Assembly: GCF_009914755.1 (NCBI RefSeq) | Contig: NC_060928.1 | DNA length: 64,000 nucleotides | Source of the DNA: the human T2T-CHM13v2.0 reference genome, Homo sapiens | Reading direction: 5' to 3' (one strand) | Shown: piece after piece, positions 1 to 14,238 of the stretch | Numbering within the stretch: position 1 is the first letter of the stretch | Layout: the number at the start of each line of letters is the position of its first letter | Notes under the pieces: model-generated | The model's input: only the letters and a program-made list of their open reading frames with translations | Database searches by the model: none | What the model was told of the DNA's origin: nothing | Made by a program: the position numbers and the translations under genes

Positions 1-232
1 CGCATGTTCTCACTCATAAGTGAGAGTTGAACAATGAGAACACATGGACACAGGGAAGGGAACAACATACACCAGGGCCTGTTGGGGGATGTGGGGTGAG
101 GGGAGGGAACTTAGAGGAACTTAGGTCAACAAATGCAGCAAACCACCATGGCACACATATACCTATATAACAAATCTGCATCTTCTGCACATGTATCCCA
201 GAACTTAAAGTAAAATAATACGAAAAAGAAAA
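1..232 (+). mobile_element. L1 3' UTR end (older L1PA/L1PB type), truncated by window start
   Basis: cgcatgttctcactcataagtg...gcacatgtatcccagaacttaaagtaaaataa followed by an A-rich tail matches the L1 3' terminus. Confidence 0.92.
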
Positions 233-892
233 CATAGAATGCTTATAACACTTCCTTTTGACTTTCCATATTTATTTCTTTTTAACACATAAAAATGAGT
301 TTAATTGAAAATCATGTTATCATTTATAACTGTATGAATTACAGGATTGTATTTAACTTTCCTTATGAAATCTTTTTAAAATAACCCATCCATTTTTCAA
401 AAGTAACCAAAAATCTTGATAAACAAAGAGTTTAATGTTTTATGTTTATTAGGGAATTAATATTCAGAATATAAAAAATTTGTGCCTAATATATTAATAT
501 TATTATTAAAGAGATGTGTATAAGATGCATAATTTTCATTTTTACTTCTCGCAATTTGTTACACATTAGTAATTTGTTGTACTGACACTAGGCTAAAAAT
601 TTCTGTAGCCATTTTCACTAATATACCTTTTGTTGATCAGCACAACAAAGAAAATCAATATTTGGATAATATGTAGGGTTTTTAGGGTGGATCAGATTGA
701 CCATGTAAACTACATCAATGCCAACTGGCTGAGGAGGAGCATTATATTTTGTGAATTCTGTAGCTAAATACATTGTTGCAATATTAGACAACTCCTCAAC
801 AGAAAAATGCACTCTAATGTATAGGCTCATACGCACAAATACTTAGTAAAGCCCGTATGATTACAAGTTTGGCTAATTAGAAAAGTAAATAT

Positions 893-1873
893 GAGCCAAC
901 ATCATACGGAGTGAAAAAAAGCTGAAAGCATTTTCCCTAAGACCTGGAAACAGACAAAAATGCCCCCTTTCACTACTCCTATTCAACACAGTTTTAGAAA
1001 TCTTAGCTAGAGATTTCTAAAACAAATAACCCCAACAAAAAGAAGCCAGAAGACACACACAGATGTGTTTCTAAGAAGATATACAAGCAGCTAGCAAACA
1101 TATGGAAAAATGCTCAACATCACTAATCTTCAGAGAAATTAAAACCACAATGAGATACCATCTTACACCAATCAGAGCAGCAACTACTAAAAAGTTAAGG
1201 ACCAACAGATTTTGGCAATGATGTGGGTAAATAGGTACACACATACATTGTTGGTGGGAATGTAAATTATTACAACCTCTATGAAAAACAGTATGAAGAT
1301 TTCTCAAAAAAACAAAAATTGAATTACCATACTATCCAGCAATCCCATTACTGGTTATCTACCCAAAAGAGAAGTAATAATTACCTTTAAAAAAGACACC
1401 TGCACTGGTATGTTTATGGCAGCACTATTCACAACAGGAAAGTCATGAAATCAACCTAATGTCCATCAATGGATAATTGGATAAAGAAAATTTGATATAC
1501 ATACACCAGGAAATACTATGCAGCCATACAAAATGAAATTCTGTCTTTTGCAGCAACATGGATAGAACTTGAGGCCATGATGTTTAGTGAAATAGCTCAG
1601 AAACAGGAAACCAAATACCATATGTTTTCACTTACAAGTGTGAGCTAAACAATAGGTACAAATGATGGAAATAATGATGGAGATAACAGTCACTGGAGAC
1701 TGTGAGAGGGTGGGAGGGGTGTGAGGGATGAGAAATTACATAATGGGTACAAAGTACACTATTTGGTTAATGGGTGCACCAAAAGCCCAGACGTCACCAC
1801 TATGCAATACATTCACATAACTAAATTGCACTTGTACCACTAAAATCTATAAAAATAAAAATTAAAAAAAAAA
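893..1873 (+). mobile_element. L1MA-type element: ORF2 fragments and 3' UTR, with an internal deletion near 1012
   Basis: gaaagcattttccctaagacctggaa (RT region) jumps to aatgctcaacatcactaat (ORF2 C-terminus); ends aaaagcccagacgtcaccactatgcaat...poly(A). Confidence 0.85.
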
Positions 1874-2119
1874 CATGTAACTCTAAACTAGTTTGCCTTT
1901 AAATTTGTGTTCATAGCAACTCTAGTATGTGCACAAAATTGCTTGGAAATAAAACTAAACATTCTTAATAAAATGTGCTTTTATACTTTTAATTTTGTCT
2001 TCATTTTGCTTTTTGTAGAACTATTTACTAGCTGTCTAGTTAAGAGCCATTCCTCTCTTCTAGTTTACTCACAGTATTTTCATTTTGAGATTGGGATCTC
2101 ACAGTGCTCTGGAAAGTAA

Positions 2120-2570
2120 ATCTATCCCCAAATTCTCAGAATAAATAATAACTGTTCTAATTCAAGTATAGTAATTCCATTCCCCTTTGTTCATAATTGG
2201 TTTAAGCAGAGGAATGTTAAATTCTTACAGACAAAAGGTACAGTGATATCTAATGAAAAAAAACTAAGGGAAATATTTTCCTTCTATTAAGTAAGACACT
2301 TGGTAAGGAGAAACTGCTCATCAGGCAAAAAGAATTTGAGAAAGTTATGCCTGCAATGACTGCATGCATTTTGTGACCATATATGTAGAAATCATATTCT
2401 GGCAATGGCAACTGAAAGAGATCAAGATTAGGAGATCTTTGAGGCCCCAGAATACCACTGCATCCACCAATTCTGGAATCAACCACCTTCAGGCTTCTAA
2501 TGTAAGATTACAAATTGTTTAAAATTTCTTTAGTTAGGCATATGTTACAACAATAGTTTTCAGATTAATA
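2120..2570 (+). mobile_element. Old MaLR LTR (MLT1J/K-like), degraded
   Basis: gtaattccattcccctttg...attggtttaagcagagg and caccttcaggcttctaatgtaag resemble MLT1 motifs. Confidence 0.45.
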
Positions 2571-2865
2571 ATGTCCACAAATATGCCCCACATTCATAAT
2601 GCTCTTAAAGACGAATTCATCATATTCTCATGGGGATGAGGAATGGAAGAGGAGAAACCATCAGAGGAACCATTCTTTTCTCCAAAAAACCATAAAAACA
2701 GTGCAATGTAATATTTGTTTTATCCCTATCTTCTTTAGAATCTTTCCTTTGACAGTGGGTCTCGAATCAAAGACACACCATTTGAGATCTTGTGAATCCC
2801 TTCAGCAATTTTAGAGCATCTTTCTTTAGTCTGCATTCTCTCCTGCAACAAAAATGTCTTTCTAA

Positions 2866-3331
<466 letters not shown>

Positions 3332-3649
3332 CAATGTCTTTTTGTCTGTGTATCAAATCTACCATGCTGTATTATTTTCCATGATAAAACAGAAAGGAAA
3401 ACAAAACCAAAACCATCATAGATTTTATCGACTCTTTCATTTTTGTCTTGTTTCTCTGTTCTTTTAATGACAGAATTTGTTTATGATTTTACACTGTTTG
3501 TTTTGTTTTCTCATTCCTCAGTCCAGTCCAGACTGTCTTCTTCTCCAACACTCCCCTTGTCTGAAAGGGCCCTAATTATTTCCATGTTTTACAACACTAT
3601 CTCCTTTTGCTGTTATTCTCTTATTTGCGCAGCCATCAGCATCCTAAAT

Positions 3650-3965
3650 TAACAATATCCTCCTTTGGAAACACTTCCTCCATTGGTTCATGTACTCCGC
3701 ACATTTCTAGTTTTCCTCCGAAGATTTGGCTGTTCTTTATAAGCCTCATCTTCTCATCAGTTATTCTGGTAAACATTAGTTTTCTCAATAGGACATCTCC
3801 TTATTTTCTCTTCATAAATGATATGATCTATTTCTATAATTTATTTGTGATTTTTGAAATGACTGGTTCTTATCCTAGACCCAAGCTCTCCACTGACTTC
3901 ATAATAAATATGTCTGACTGTCTTCTTGACACTTTCGCTTTCTCGTTTCATAGTCATTTTAAAAT
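3650..3965 (+). mobile_element. L2 fragment
   Basis: ccaagctctccactgacttc...tgactgtcttcttgacact resembles the L2 3' region. Confidence 0.5.
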
Positions 3966-5049
3966 TTAAAATATAACACATACTAAATACAACTGAAGTC
4001 ATTAAAATCTATCATTTTTCCTTCAATTATTTATTATTTTATGTTTTTATTTTCTAACTGCTATATAGCTTGTAGTATCTATAGTTGGAAAACTGCTTGG
4101 CAGAATGGACTTTGCTGATGTAATGTTCAACTTGGAATTGTCTTTTTTTTTTTTTTTTTGGATGACAGATAGGGTGAGCCATAAACCTAGGCAGCAGCAC
4201 ATCCTAGGTCTCAGAAAAGCTAAGCATTTCTAAGCAAGAAAAAACACAGAGATACGGAGAGCTATAGTTGATATTTTTGAGAGCCATCATAAAAGTAGAG
4301 CTCATTTCTTGTTTAGGAATGTTGATAACTTATGCAGCGTCAAGTAGGAACAGGAATTGAATCCCTAGAAATATAGTCAGTGATAGCTAGTAACTGAAAC
4401 TCAACCTTAGTCCAATAAAGAGACGGTGAATGTGTGTTTTTGTTTGGTGTTCATTTATTTTGTTTTTCCCATAACGCATGTGGCAGCGGGCATAAAAAAT
4501 AATCATGGGATAATAAAGAAACAAAATGATGAATAAAGCAGAGAATATGATCCCAGCAGAGATAAATTCACTTGTTAAGGAAATTTACATCTTCTTTTTT
4601 ATTTAGAAATTAAATATGCATCTCAAATATCCATGAAGTTAAGTGTCATGTCATTCATCCTATTCCAAGTTTCAGATTTAGTAATTCTTAATTATTCAAC
4701 CCTGAGCTAAGGAGCTCCTTTGTATTGCTATAAAGATAGAAGTAACTTATGACAAATGCAATAAAGATTTCCGTGTTCCTGTGCCATGGATCTGCAAAAT
4801 CACACCTTAAACAGAGTATGAGAGTTTGTAATAAAATTACAGACATTATTTAATTTCTAGATTCCGAACAAAAAACAACTATTTCTTCAACTGAAATAAA
4901 ATGTTATGTTCTTAGAACAAAACTGAGAGTACAAGAGACAATACATGGTATTACTTGAGAGACTTGAAAATAAATTTATTATATGTGTATATTACATTTA
5001 ATTTTTTATATTTTATACATTCATTGTGCAATGGGTCCTACCAATAACA

Positions 5050-5620
5050 TAGCTGTTCCTGGCTAGATTATATGACAGGTATAACTTTCACTTTTTAAAA
5101 AAAGCTGTCAAACAATTTTTAAAAGTACTAGTATCATTTTACATTCCCGTCAGTAGTATAACAATCAGTCTTTTTAACTTTAGCCAGTCTAATGGGTGTG
5201 TAAGGGTATCATGGTTTTAATTTGCATTTCTGTGATGAGTGATGATGTTAAGATTTTTGATGTGCATTTGGCTATTCATAATGATCTTTCATGAATTGTT
5301 TCTTAAAGAGTTTGACTATTTTTATATTGTTGATTGCCTCTTTGTTGACTTCTAAGAGTTCTCAATACAAGTTCTTTGTCAGTTATGCATGAAGTGAATA
5401 TTTTCTCCCATTCTATGACTCTGTTATTCATTTTCTTACTGATGACCCGTGAAGAGCAAAAGTATTTACTTTTGATGAAATTCAATTTATCAAAATTTTC
5501 TTTTATGTTTCATGCCTTAGATTTTCCATTTAAGAAGCTTTTGTCCACCCCAAGGTCATGAAGGATTTTGTTTATGTTTCTTCTAGGAGTTTTATATATT
5601 GAGGTTTTACACTTTTAATA
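5050..5620 (-). mobile_element. L1M ORF2 3' fragment
   Basis: cattttacattccc, ggttttaatttgcatttc and tttgatgaaattcaatttatc are antisense L1 motifs; ORF 5303-5485 (IKSKYFCSS...EWEKIF) is ORF2-like. Confidence 0.85.
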
Positions 5621-6859
5621 GTTTACATTGTACATGGTTTACTATATAAATAATAAGATGAAGAACTATCATTTAAAAAAGTTTTGCCTATATTATTTCA
5701 TTTATGTTTTCAGAGATAATGATGATGAAAATAGCTAAATAGGTGTGGCGAGCTTATGTTGATTCAGAACTCTCCGACCTGCATTAGCACATTTTGTTTT
5801 AAGAATAACTATATCAGGTATGTTGTAATATTCCTTTTTATATAAAGGCAAACTGAAACAGAGCTAGTTTATGCTTAGAGTTACTTATCTAGTAAGTTAT
5901 ATATTTGAGATCTTTCCAGACAGCACAATTTCATCTGCATAGTTCATTTTATTGAACATATTATCTCTCAGATATATAATTATTCCTGACCATATTTAAA
6001 AATTCCATTAATTTACGTAAACAGCACACTTTCAACTTTTGATGGTTAACAGCCTTGGGCACCCCAATTGACATATATTTTAAAGTTTTCAACTCATATG
6101 TTAAGTGGTTTCTTCGTTAAGCTTTTTATTTATTCTGAATAAATAAATAAATTTGATGTTTTATTTAAATGTCTACTTATGACAATGCAGTAAGCATTGT
6201 GTTTTGCTTTTGCCTTTGTTTTTTCAAAAGAGTAGCTTTACTGCAAGTCTTGTCATTTGTATGCTAAACTGGTACTGTTAGGATGGGTGCTATGTAAGGG
6301 TGTAAGTAGAACAATCCAAGTAACCTATTTTAAGAAAAGTTTGTCATAAATTCCCCAAAGATATATTTAATGTGTTTTAAAAAGTTCACTCCTCTCCGTA
6401 TTTATTTGTGGGACAAATGTCACATACGTATCAGTAAATCCACACCATCAGCAGAATTATATATGCTCAGTCATTATTCATTCCGTTTTTCTAATTCACT
6501 TGACAGTTGACACTGGTTATGGGTTTTTCCAGTCACTTAAGTGAATTTACATTTATTTTCCCATTATTTGTGGACATATTTCTGTATGTCTAAGACAAAG
6601 ATGGATGGAAATAAAGTAAATGGCTAAGATACATGTCAAATAGATCTGAAATGATCTCTATAGTGACATTTTATACTATAAATAATATTTAAAACTTCTG
6701 TAGGAATTTGGAGGAAATACTGTAAATATTTGGAAAGTATTTACTAAATGAAAAATAAATTAACTGAAACAATTTTCACTACAGATTAACCTGAATACTT
6801 AAAATAAAAATAAGTTGAAACCATCAAATTAGTACCTTATATCAATGAAGTTCATGGAC

Positions 6860-7060
6860 TCTGTAATCATGCCACTTTCCAATCATTTGGGGGCAAATCA
6901 CCTAGCCACTTCTTCTCAGTTGTCTAATCTGTAACAGTGAGATACTTATGAGATATAACTCATTGGATTGCTGTTATCTTCAGTAATTTACCTATGTAAC
7001 ATGCTGAATAGTATTTAACTCATATTTTGGGCTAGTTAAATATTAGCTGCTATTATTATT
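6860..7060 (+). mobile_element. MIR
   Basis: ggcaaatcacctagcc...ctcagttgtctaatctgtaa resembles the MIR core. Confidence 0.55.
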
Positions 7061-7319
7061 ATAGAATTCATATGTCTTGGGAAAGCAATAGAAAGCTCTA
7101 TTTTATTTTAGTTAGTTCTTATTAACATCATATAGAGGAATGTATAGTCATCTTCCATTAGCATTTAAAACACATTACTTTGCAAATCCCATTATTTTAA
7201 AAAAACACAATATTTTATGGCTATCCCCTCAAATTTGTGTCCAAAATCAATGATTTCATCTATCTATCATCCATTCATATACTGTCTTTCACTACGATTA
7301 TCATTCCCTTTCGAGCTAA

Positions 7320-7500
7320 TGCTTCTCAAGCAATAGTTTTCAAACCACCTGTATCAAAAGCCTCTATCGTGTTTATTAAAACAAAAATTCCAGGGTCTTA
7401 CTCGGAGAGATGCTGATGAGTTGGACTCCAGAAAGTCTGGGTAATTTGCATTTTTAATACTTGCTCTATGTATCTTACACACAGAAATGTTTATAATCCA
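7320..7500. mobile_element. MER5-type hAT-Charlie fossil
   Basis: tttattaaaacaaaaattccagggtc...aatttgcatttttaa. Confidence 0.55.
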
Positions 7501-7859
7501 ACGTTATGGAAAATTGATTTATTCATTATTTTCCACATGTTCATTCCTTTCCAAATATTCATTCTTTCTCAGCCGATAAGTGTCCTTTCTATAGATAAAA
7601 GGCTATTTTAGTAATTATGCTCAATCTTCAAAGAATACCACAACTGCACTAATTATACATATGCAATGGTAGCTCGTATATCAAATCACATTCATCCATC
7701 AAATTTCACTCACATTCTGTTTCCTTCATGTCTACTACAACTTCTTTAAATCCCATGTAAAGCACATCATTTAAATCCTGCAGAAAGTTTTACTGTGTCA
7801 CCTGCTTTCTTTCTTTTATTTTTAATCTAATTCACACTGTTAACATAGTGCAAAATTAT

Positions 7860-8050
7860 GGAAAGCACATCTGTGACAACAAGTCAGACTTATGTTTGAA
7901 CTATGATTATATTAGTTTTTGCAGAAGGTACTTGGTCTCTCTGAATCTAACTTTCCTCATCATAAAATAATTACTAATATTGCTCATATTTACTGATTGG
8001 TTTTGATTAAATGTGATTTACATAAACCACATAATTCATGCTTTGTACAA
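7860..8050 (+). mobile_element. MIR
   Basis: agtcagacttatgtttgaa...tctctctgaatctaactttcctcatc. Confidence 0.55.
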
Positions 8051-8309
8051 ATTACAAAACCAAAAAATTTAGTTTCCTCTCCTCTCACTTTATTATTTAT
8101 GTTTAAGTATTACAAGTGAGCATGTGTGTATTGTGTGCATGTGTTTGTGTCCCCAGCTAGATGGGATGTTGCGTCACTTTGTATCTATAACATATAAATC
8201 ATAAATAGTTTAATCAACATCATAAGTATAATATTACCTTAGTGGAGTATTCGAGATATATTTATTTTTTACATTAAAATATGTATTAATTTCTCATGTA
8301 CATGTGTTC

Positions 8310-8430
8310 CTATCATTAGGTTTGAACTCCCTATAGACAGTCACTGTCTTATTTGTGTATCTTGATGGCCTACCACAGAACCTGGTATAAGATAAAAACT
8401 TTCTATATGTATGTTGAATAAATGAGTGGA
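8310..8430 (+). mobile_element. L2 3' end
   Basis: ccacagaacctggtata...tgttgaataaatgagtg terminal motif. Confidence 0.6.
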
Positions 8431-9584
8431 TTTTGCATTTCTAAAGAAAAAATTATGAAGAAAATTTTCATTTATTGGCTTTTTTAGTCTTGGAGCAGAG
8501 TAATGGTTTTTATTTTTTGGCTTGATTATTGGTGTATGCAGTAAAATAATTAATGTCTTTACATATACTTTGCTATTTAGTTTAGCTCTTGTGTCATCCA
8601 CTTTTTAAATCTAGTACTTGGGACCTAGTAGCTGCTGACTAAGTGAAAAAAGGAACAAATAACTAAGTTGGCAGATGTTTCACAATTGCAGTAGGCTGAC
8701 ATTAATTTACAAAATGGTATTGGAGATGGGTTTAGAGATAACTAGTTCAAAACAATTATGCTTTTAGTTTCAGAGCAAAAAGTGAAGAGATGTACCCAAA
8801 GTCATAAATTATTTGAAGAGAAAGAAAGGAATTATATACATATGGATATTTTGGTCATTTATTTTGCATAATGGAAGATAGAAATTTAAAAATCAGCAAT
8901 ATAATGATTTTGAGACCATATACACATTTCAAGGAAGCATAAAAATAAAGATTAAGTTTTTTCTCTATAGACATATAATTATGTGTAATTACTCATGATC
9001 AAGAAAATGTGGACCTACAGGAAGTATTCAAAATACATATGAATTAGCAGTAAGCTAGTTCATTAAATTTTGTCTAAATATTTATTATTTGGCTAGCAAT
9101 TTCACTTTGATAAATGTTGCTATGACTCACAATTCTTGGGTCATATATTATGTTAATATATAGAAGAAGCAGTTTTAATTCAAGAGCTAATGATAATGAT
9201 AACTGGAGAGATTGAACTTTATATAAATTATTTATGAGTCTAATCGAGGAATAATTGACAGTGAATGAAAAAAGTAAGAAAAAGCACTGCCATTCTTTTC
9301 TACTGAAAATTATGTTAATTTTCAGTAGAAATCTGTATGCACCATCCATATTGTGAAACTAAAATTCATTAAACAATATTTACGTAAGAACAACTGTCAT
9401 AACTTATTTTAATAGTTAAAGAAAATGAGACTGTTTAAGTGATGTGGAAAAAGTTATAGTTTTAGAATTTCAACACATTTTACAGGTTAATCATATTTAG
9501 ACTTCAACCTTTCAAGTGTCTATTGCATGTCTATTTTATGCCTTGAACCATGACCAATCTTATCCTAAGGGAACTTCAAGAGTA

Positions 9585-9762
9585 AGTTTCAAATTTGTTT
9601 TGAATCCTCACTGGCTTAGACTGAGCAGAAGTCTTTTAAAAATGCATATTCCTGGAATCCACACACAGAGATTTCTAATGTGTAGGCCTAGAATACTTCC
9701 AAGGAATTGGTAATATGAACCCCATGGGGTTGTTGTCTATACTGAAATTTGAGAATCACTGA
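9585..9762. mobile_element. MER5A-like hAT fossil
   Basis: ttaaaaatgcatattcctggaatccacacacagagatttct...tttgagaatcactg. Confidence 0.65.
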
Positions 9763-12551
9763 GCTGAAAAATAAATAGTCTTTACTTTTTCTTGTTATTT
9801 ATCATTTAATTCAAATATTGCATAATTGCAGATAAACAGTGCCTTCTCTGCTGTCAGCTCTCTGAATTATGAATATTTTTTAAAAAATGATTGAAGCATA
9901 AACAAATTTTAAATATTGTACCTTATCCCAGGCAACCAGCTCTACCATACAACTAGTGGAGCATGTATTTCCTAAATTACTTGCAGGCTACCAACAGAGA
10001 TAATTTTCCTGCAGGATACAGGGACAATTTTATTCTTCACTTTCTGTACTTGAAGGACCAGGAACTTTATTAAAGCATTTCTTATTATAAATATTATCTT
10101 ATTTTGTTTGCACTGATTAAAAAAAATTCACAGCTGTAAAAAAACAAAAACCCAAAAAACAAAACAAAATTCAGTTATTTAAAGCAAGCAGTATTGCTAT
10201 GCATCTATACATAATTTGTATAAGAAATCTCTGAGGAAACAGTTAACATTAGAGGACTATTCTAGGTCGATTTTTTAGCAAGGTTCAATGAAAAAAATAA
10301 AAATTATGCCATAATGATAGCCTTTAAAACAAATAAATTTCAGATTTGCCCAGTTCATATATTTGGATTGTTACTGAAGAGTTTGAAAGGAAGAAACTTA
10401 TTAGCTGCAACACATAATTATCAACCAAGCAATTAAATCAATTAATACATACATATTCATCATATGTGCTAATAGTCTGCTCTCCACAAAGTATTGTGCT
10501 AGGAACAAGAGAGAATACTAATCCTCCAAAAAAGGGAGAATACTAAATTAGTTTCTGCTTCTGGGAGTTTATACTTAGATATGAACATGAGACATATATA
10601 AATCAAGAAATAAAAACTTTGGGTCTCTTTTATGTATTAAGAAGGACTCCATATGTGAAACAGTTCACTAACCACAAAGGATTGGAATGAAGAAGAAAAG
10701 AGTCCAAGTGACAGGTAAGGGCATCACCAATAGATAGTTGGTGCTCAGGTTCAAGGAGCTTATTGTGATCTGGACACTCTGAATCACCGCATTAAAAGAA
10801 ATCACAGAGGCCCTAGAACAAATTCCTTTATTTTACAGGAGACAAAGTAAGATTCTGGTTTTGAAGGCTAATGGAATGATAATCAAATAGTTTGAAAAAG
10901 TTCACTATATTAAAAATATACATGGCAATGAAAGCTATCATACTTTCACATGAATGTATCAGAAGAGAAAGTGTGGAAACAAATTTAAAATCTGTTCACA
11001 TATGCACTTAATTTCAACTAAATCTGAAATATATAAACTGACATCTGTATGTGTAAACACATAATCATTGTCTTCTTTTTCCAAAATATGTTCAGAACAA
11101 ACAGCTAAAGCATCACATCCTCTTGTGGTGTTTCTATTTTAGGCAAAATAATAAAAAATTTTATGGATAATTAAAACAGTATTGCTCCAAAGTCACTGTA
11201 AGGATTCAGAAACTATGGTAAATGATTTCCCAAATGTATCTGCAAAAACCTACAGGATTTGAAAGAGAATTTAGTTACTGAATTATATTAAAAGACATCA
11301 AACATGAGAAAAATAATATATGTTTATTATTAAACATGAAAATATTGAGCATAAAAAGGAACAATTTTCTATACTAGACTCATTTTATTGTTTCTGGGCA
11401 TAGTTGTAGATTAGAACTCAGTATATTTAATACTTATTTTAATAACATGTTTCCACAATTTTGTTTTGAATGCCACTGACAGGTTGATCCAGCATGTATA
11501 TAACATGATGTAAGAAATAAAAATATGGTTAATTTGCAAATTATCTCTTTATTGTTTGCTCTATTTATAAACCTTTTCTTAGATAAACTTTCTTCTTAAT
11601 TTGCATATTATATATATATATTTTAGTGAGAAATTTTAAAATCCCTACTTATCTTCCTTTGATCTTTTGAGCTTTTAGTAAAGGCAACAATTTGTTCTAT
11701 AAATTAGAAAAAAACCATTATTTCAGACAAAACATATTTTCTCATTTCAATGTTTTAACAATTTGAAATGACTTACTTTCTAAAGATATGTAACTATTTA
11801 CTTTCCTATGTGGATTCCTTTACGCATCCATTTTTATACATGAATAAAGAAAACATTCATTTTGTAAAGTCCAACTGTCAAAATTTCAGTTTAGATTATG
11901 TTTCTCTTAGATATTTGCATTTTTAAAATGAGTTCTGCCATGTGATTTTTTGGGGGTGAGCATGGGTTGTTGGAGCAATACATTTTTATTTGCCATTAAA
12001 AATATTAAACATTTTAAATTTCTTAAAAAAATAATTCTAAACATCACTGAAGATTTTCTTAATATTCTAGAATCAAAATTATGAATATTAATTTATTTAT
12101 GTATAGGCCGAACTAGATGTATCAGCTTTGTTCTAGATGATGGGGTTGTAAAATGATTTGTTTCCTGAATTTTTTTGCATTTGATTTTTTTTTGTCTTTT
12201 TAGCACTAGCACACTTTCTCTTCAATTCTAATTTGAAGCTCCTAGTTGCAGTGGGCTTGGGAGCCAGATAACAAAAAAGTTGTATTAAAATGTATGAAAT
12301 ATAAGGATGAATAAGGTTGAGGGAAACTCTAAAGCTATTTTTTTTTGTTAGAAAAATCTGTTTACATTATGGATACGCTGACTTGCCAGAAATCTATGAT
12401 TCTAAACAGATATTAATATGTGTGTGCATTTTTTAAAGTAATAAGCAATTTTTTTCTGTTCAACAATTGGATAATTAATGAAAAGATTACAAAATGAATA
12501 TTTCAGATAAAATAATGCATTTTCCTTACCATTACCATGAAAAAAATTTAC

Positions 12552-13080
12552 AGTGTCTGAAGTTGAGGATCCTCAGAAACAGACCCTGAAACAGGAGTCT
12601 GATTTGCAATTACTTTATAGGTTAGTGGTTCCAAGAATGATGGGTCAGGATAAGGAGGCTTCAAGATCAAAGAGAAGAGAGTATCTAGGTGGACTGAAGA
12701 GCAGAGAGCACTGCTGTGGGCAGGTGAGCCCCTCGGGGAGGTGTGGGACACTGTGAGAACACACTTCACAGATTGAGTACTTTATTTACCAAAGCTCCAT
12801 TAATCACTCTTTGATGACTGTGGTTGAGGAAGGTGAGTCAGGGTAGGAGATGAGGAGTACTTAATTCCCCATACTTCTAGCCTCTTCTCACATTCTTGCC
12901 AGCATAGGAATTTATCAGGCAGAGTTGTAATTGCTTGAAGTAATAAGCTGTCCATCCATATGAGAAAAATGAAGGCTGAGTACATAAAAGAATACTGGTG
13001 CCTGGGTCTTCTGCAGAGGAGAAAGATGGCACACGGAGACACTTAGGGGTAGTTCAAAATAAAAAGGTCATGGTAATCTG
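12552..13080 (-). mobile_element. Old ERVL LTR (LTR33/LTR16 group), degraded
   Basis: ctcagaaacagaccctgaaacagg...tttgcaattacttta resembles the antisense 3' end of ERVL LTRs. Confidence 0.5.
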
Positions 13081-13907
13081 ATGTATGCAATTTTACATCA
13101 TATATGCTTGATGTGCCCTACATCTTTCCTTAAATGTTACCTTTCCAAAAATTAGACCACTATGGTTTTGTCTCTATGCTAGGGAAGTCAAGGAACATCA
13201 CTACCTGCTGAGGAGTAAGGCAGAGAGTGATTGTGAGGCTCAAAATAAAATGAAAAAAAAACAAACAAACATTGTTACCGATGTTTCTAGATCCCAACAA
13301 AAAGTCAGGATTAAGTACTTCTGACCTTATGAGTGCACAAAACTGCTAAGCCAAAAATCAGATAATGTTCTTCTCACCTGATGTACATTGCTTGAATGGA
13401 AACAGACTTTTAGAATTACCCAAACTGTTACTTGGATTACTTTAGTAGCTTCTGTGTTACAAAGAGTGGCTGATGTAGCTTTCAAGGTAAAACTAGGATG
13501 ACGTATTTGTATAATGAACATTCAAAATGACATAAATGTAATGATATGGAGGTACTGAAAAAATGTTTGCATTATTTAAAGTGACAAATGTTAATTCAGT
13601 GGATAAGCAACCTGTCACCTGCTTGGGACAGACTCTCACAGCTGTGGGAATCAAACTGAAGCATGACTTATTAAAAGTCATTCAGGAAGCACCTGTTCCA
13701 GATGAAAGGATAAATTACTTTTATTCTAGGCTTATGTATTATTTGAAATGTGTGGTCATTTGCTACAGAGATGGCATCATTAAGATTTATTCAGTTCACA
13801 GATGTTGTGCTAAGGATCAGAAGCAACTGAACTCAAGAAGTCTTGAAATGTAGATTATGACACAGCTAGGGCTCCTACATCTGTAATTACAGATTTTATT
13901 AAAAATT

Positions 13908-14238
13908 ATTTTTTTGAGACAGGGTCTTGCTGTCTCAAAACAGAGACCTCTTGCAGATAGCTGGGACCTCTGTCACCCAGGCTGGTAGGCAGTGGTGCGA
14001 ACATGGCTCACTGCAACCTCAAACTCCTGAGCTCAAGCAATCCTCCTGCCTCAGCCTCCTGAGTAGCTGGTGGTACAGATGCATATCACCACGCTCAGCT
14101 AATATTTTAATTTTTTTCGTAGAGATAAGATCTTACCATGTTGCCCAGGTTGGTCTCTAACTCCTGGGGTTAAAAGATCCTCCAGCCTCAGCCTCACAAA
14201 GTGTTGGGATTACAGCCATGTGCCACCATACCTAGCCA
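13908..14238 (-). mobile_element. AluJ carrying a ~38-bp non-Alu insertion
   Basis: gagacagggtcttgct...ctcctgagctcaagcaatcctcc...ccaccatacctagcc; AAAAATTA-like TSD. Confidence 0.9.

Noticed and set aside
4141-4160. Orphan poly(T) run
   Set aside because: No TSD or adjoining recognisable retrocopy
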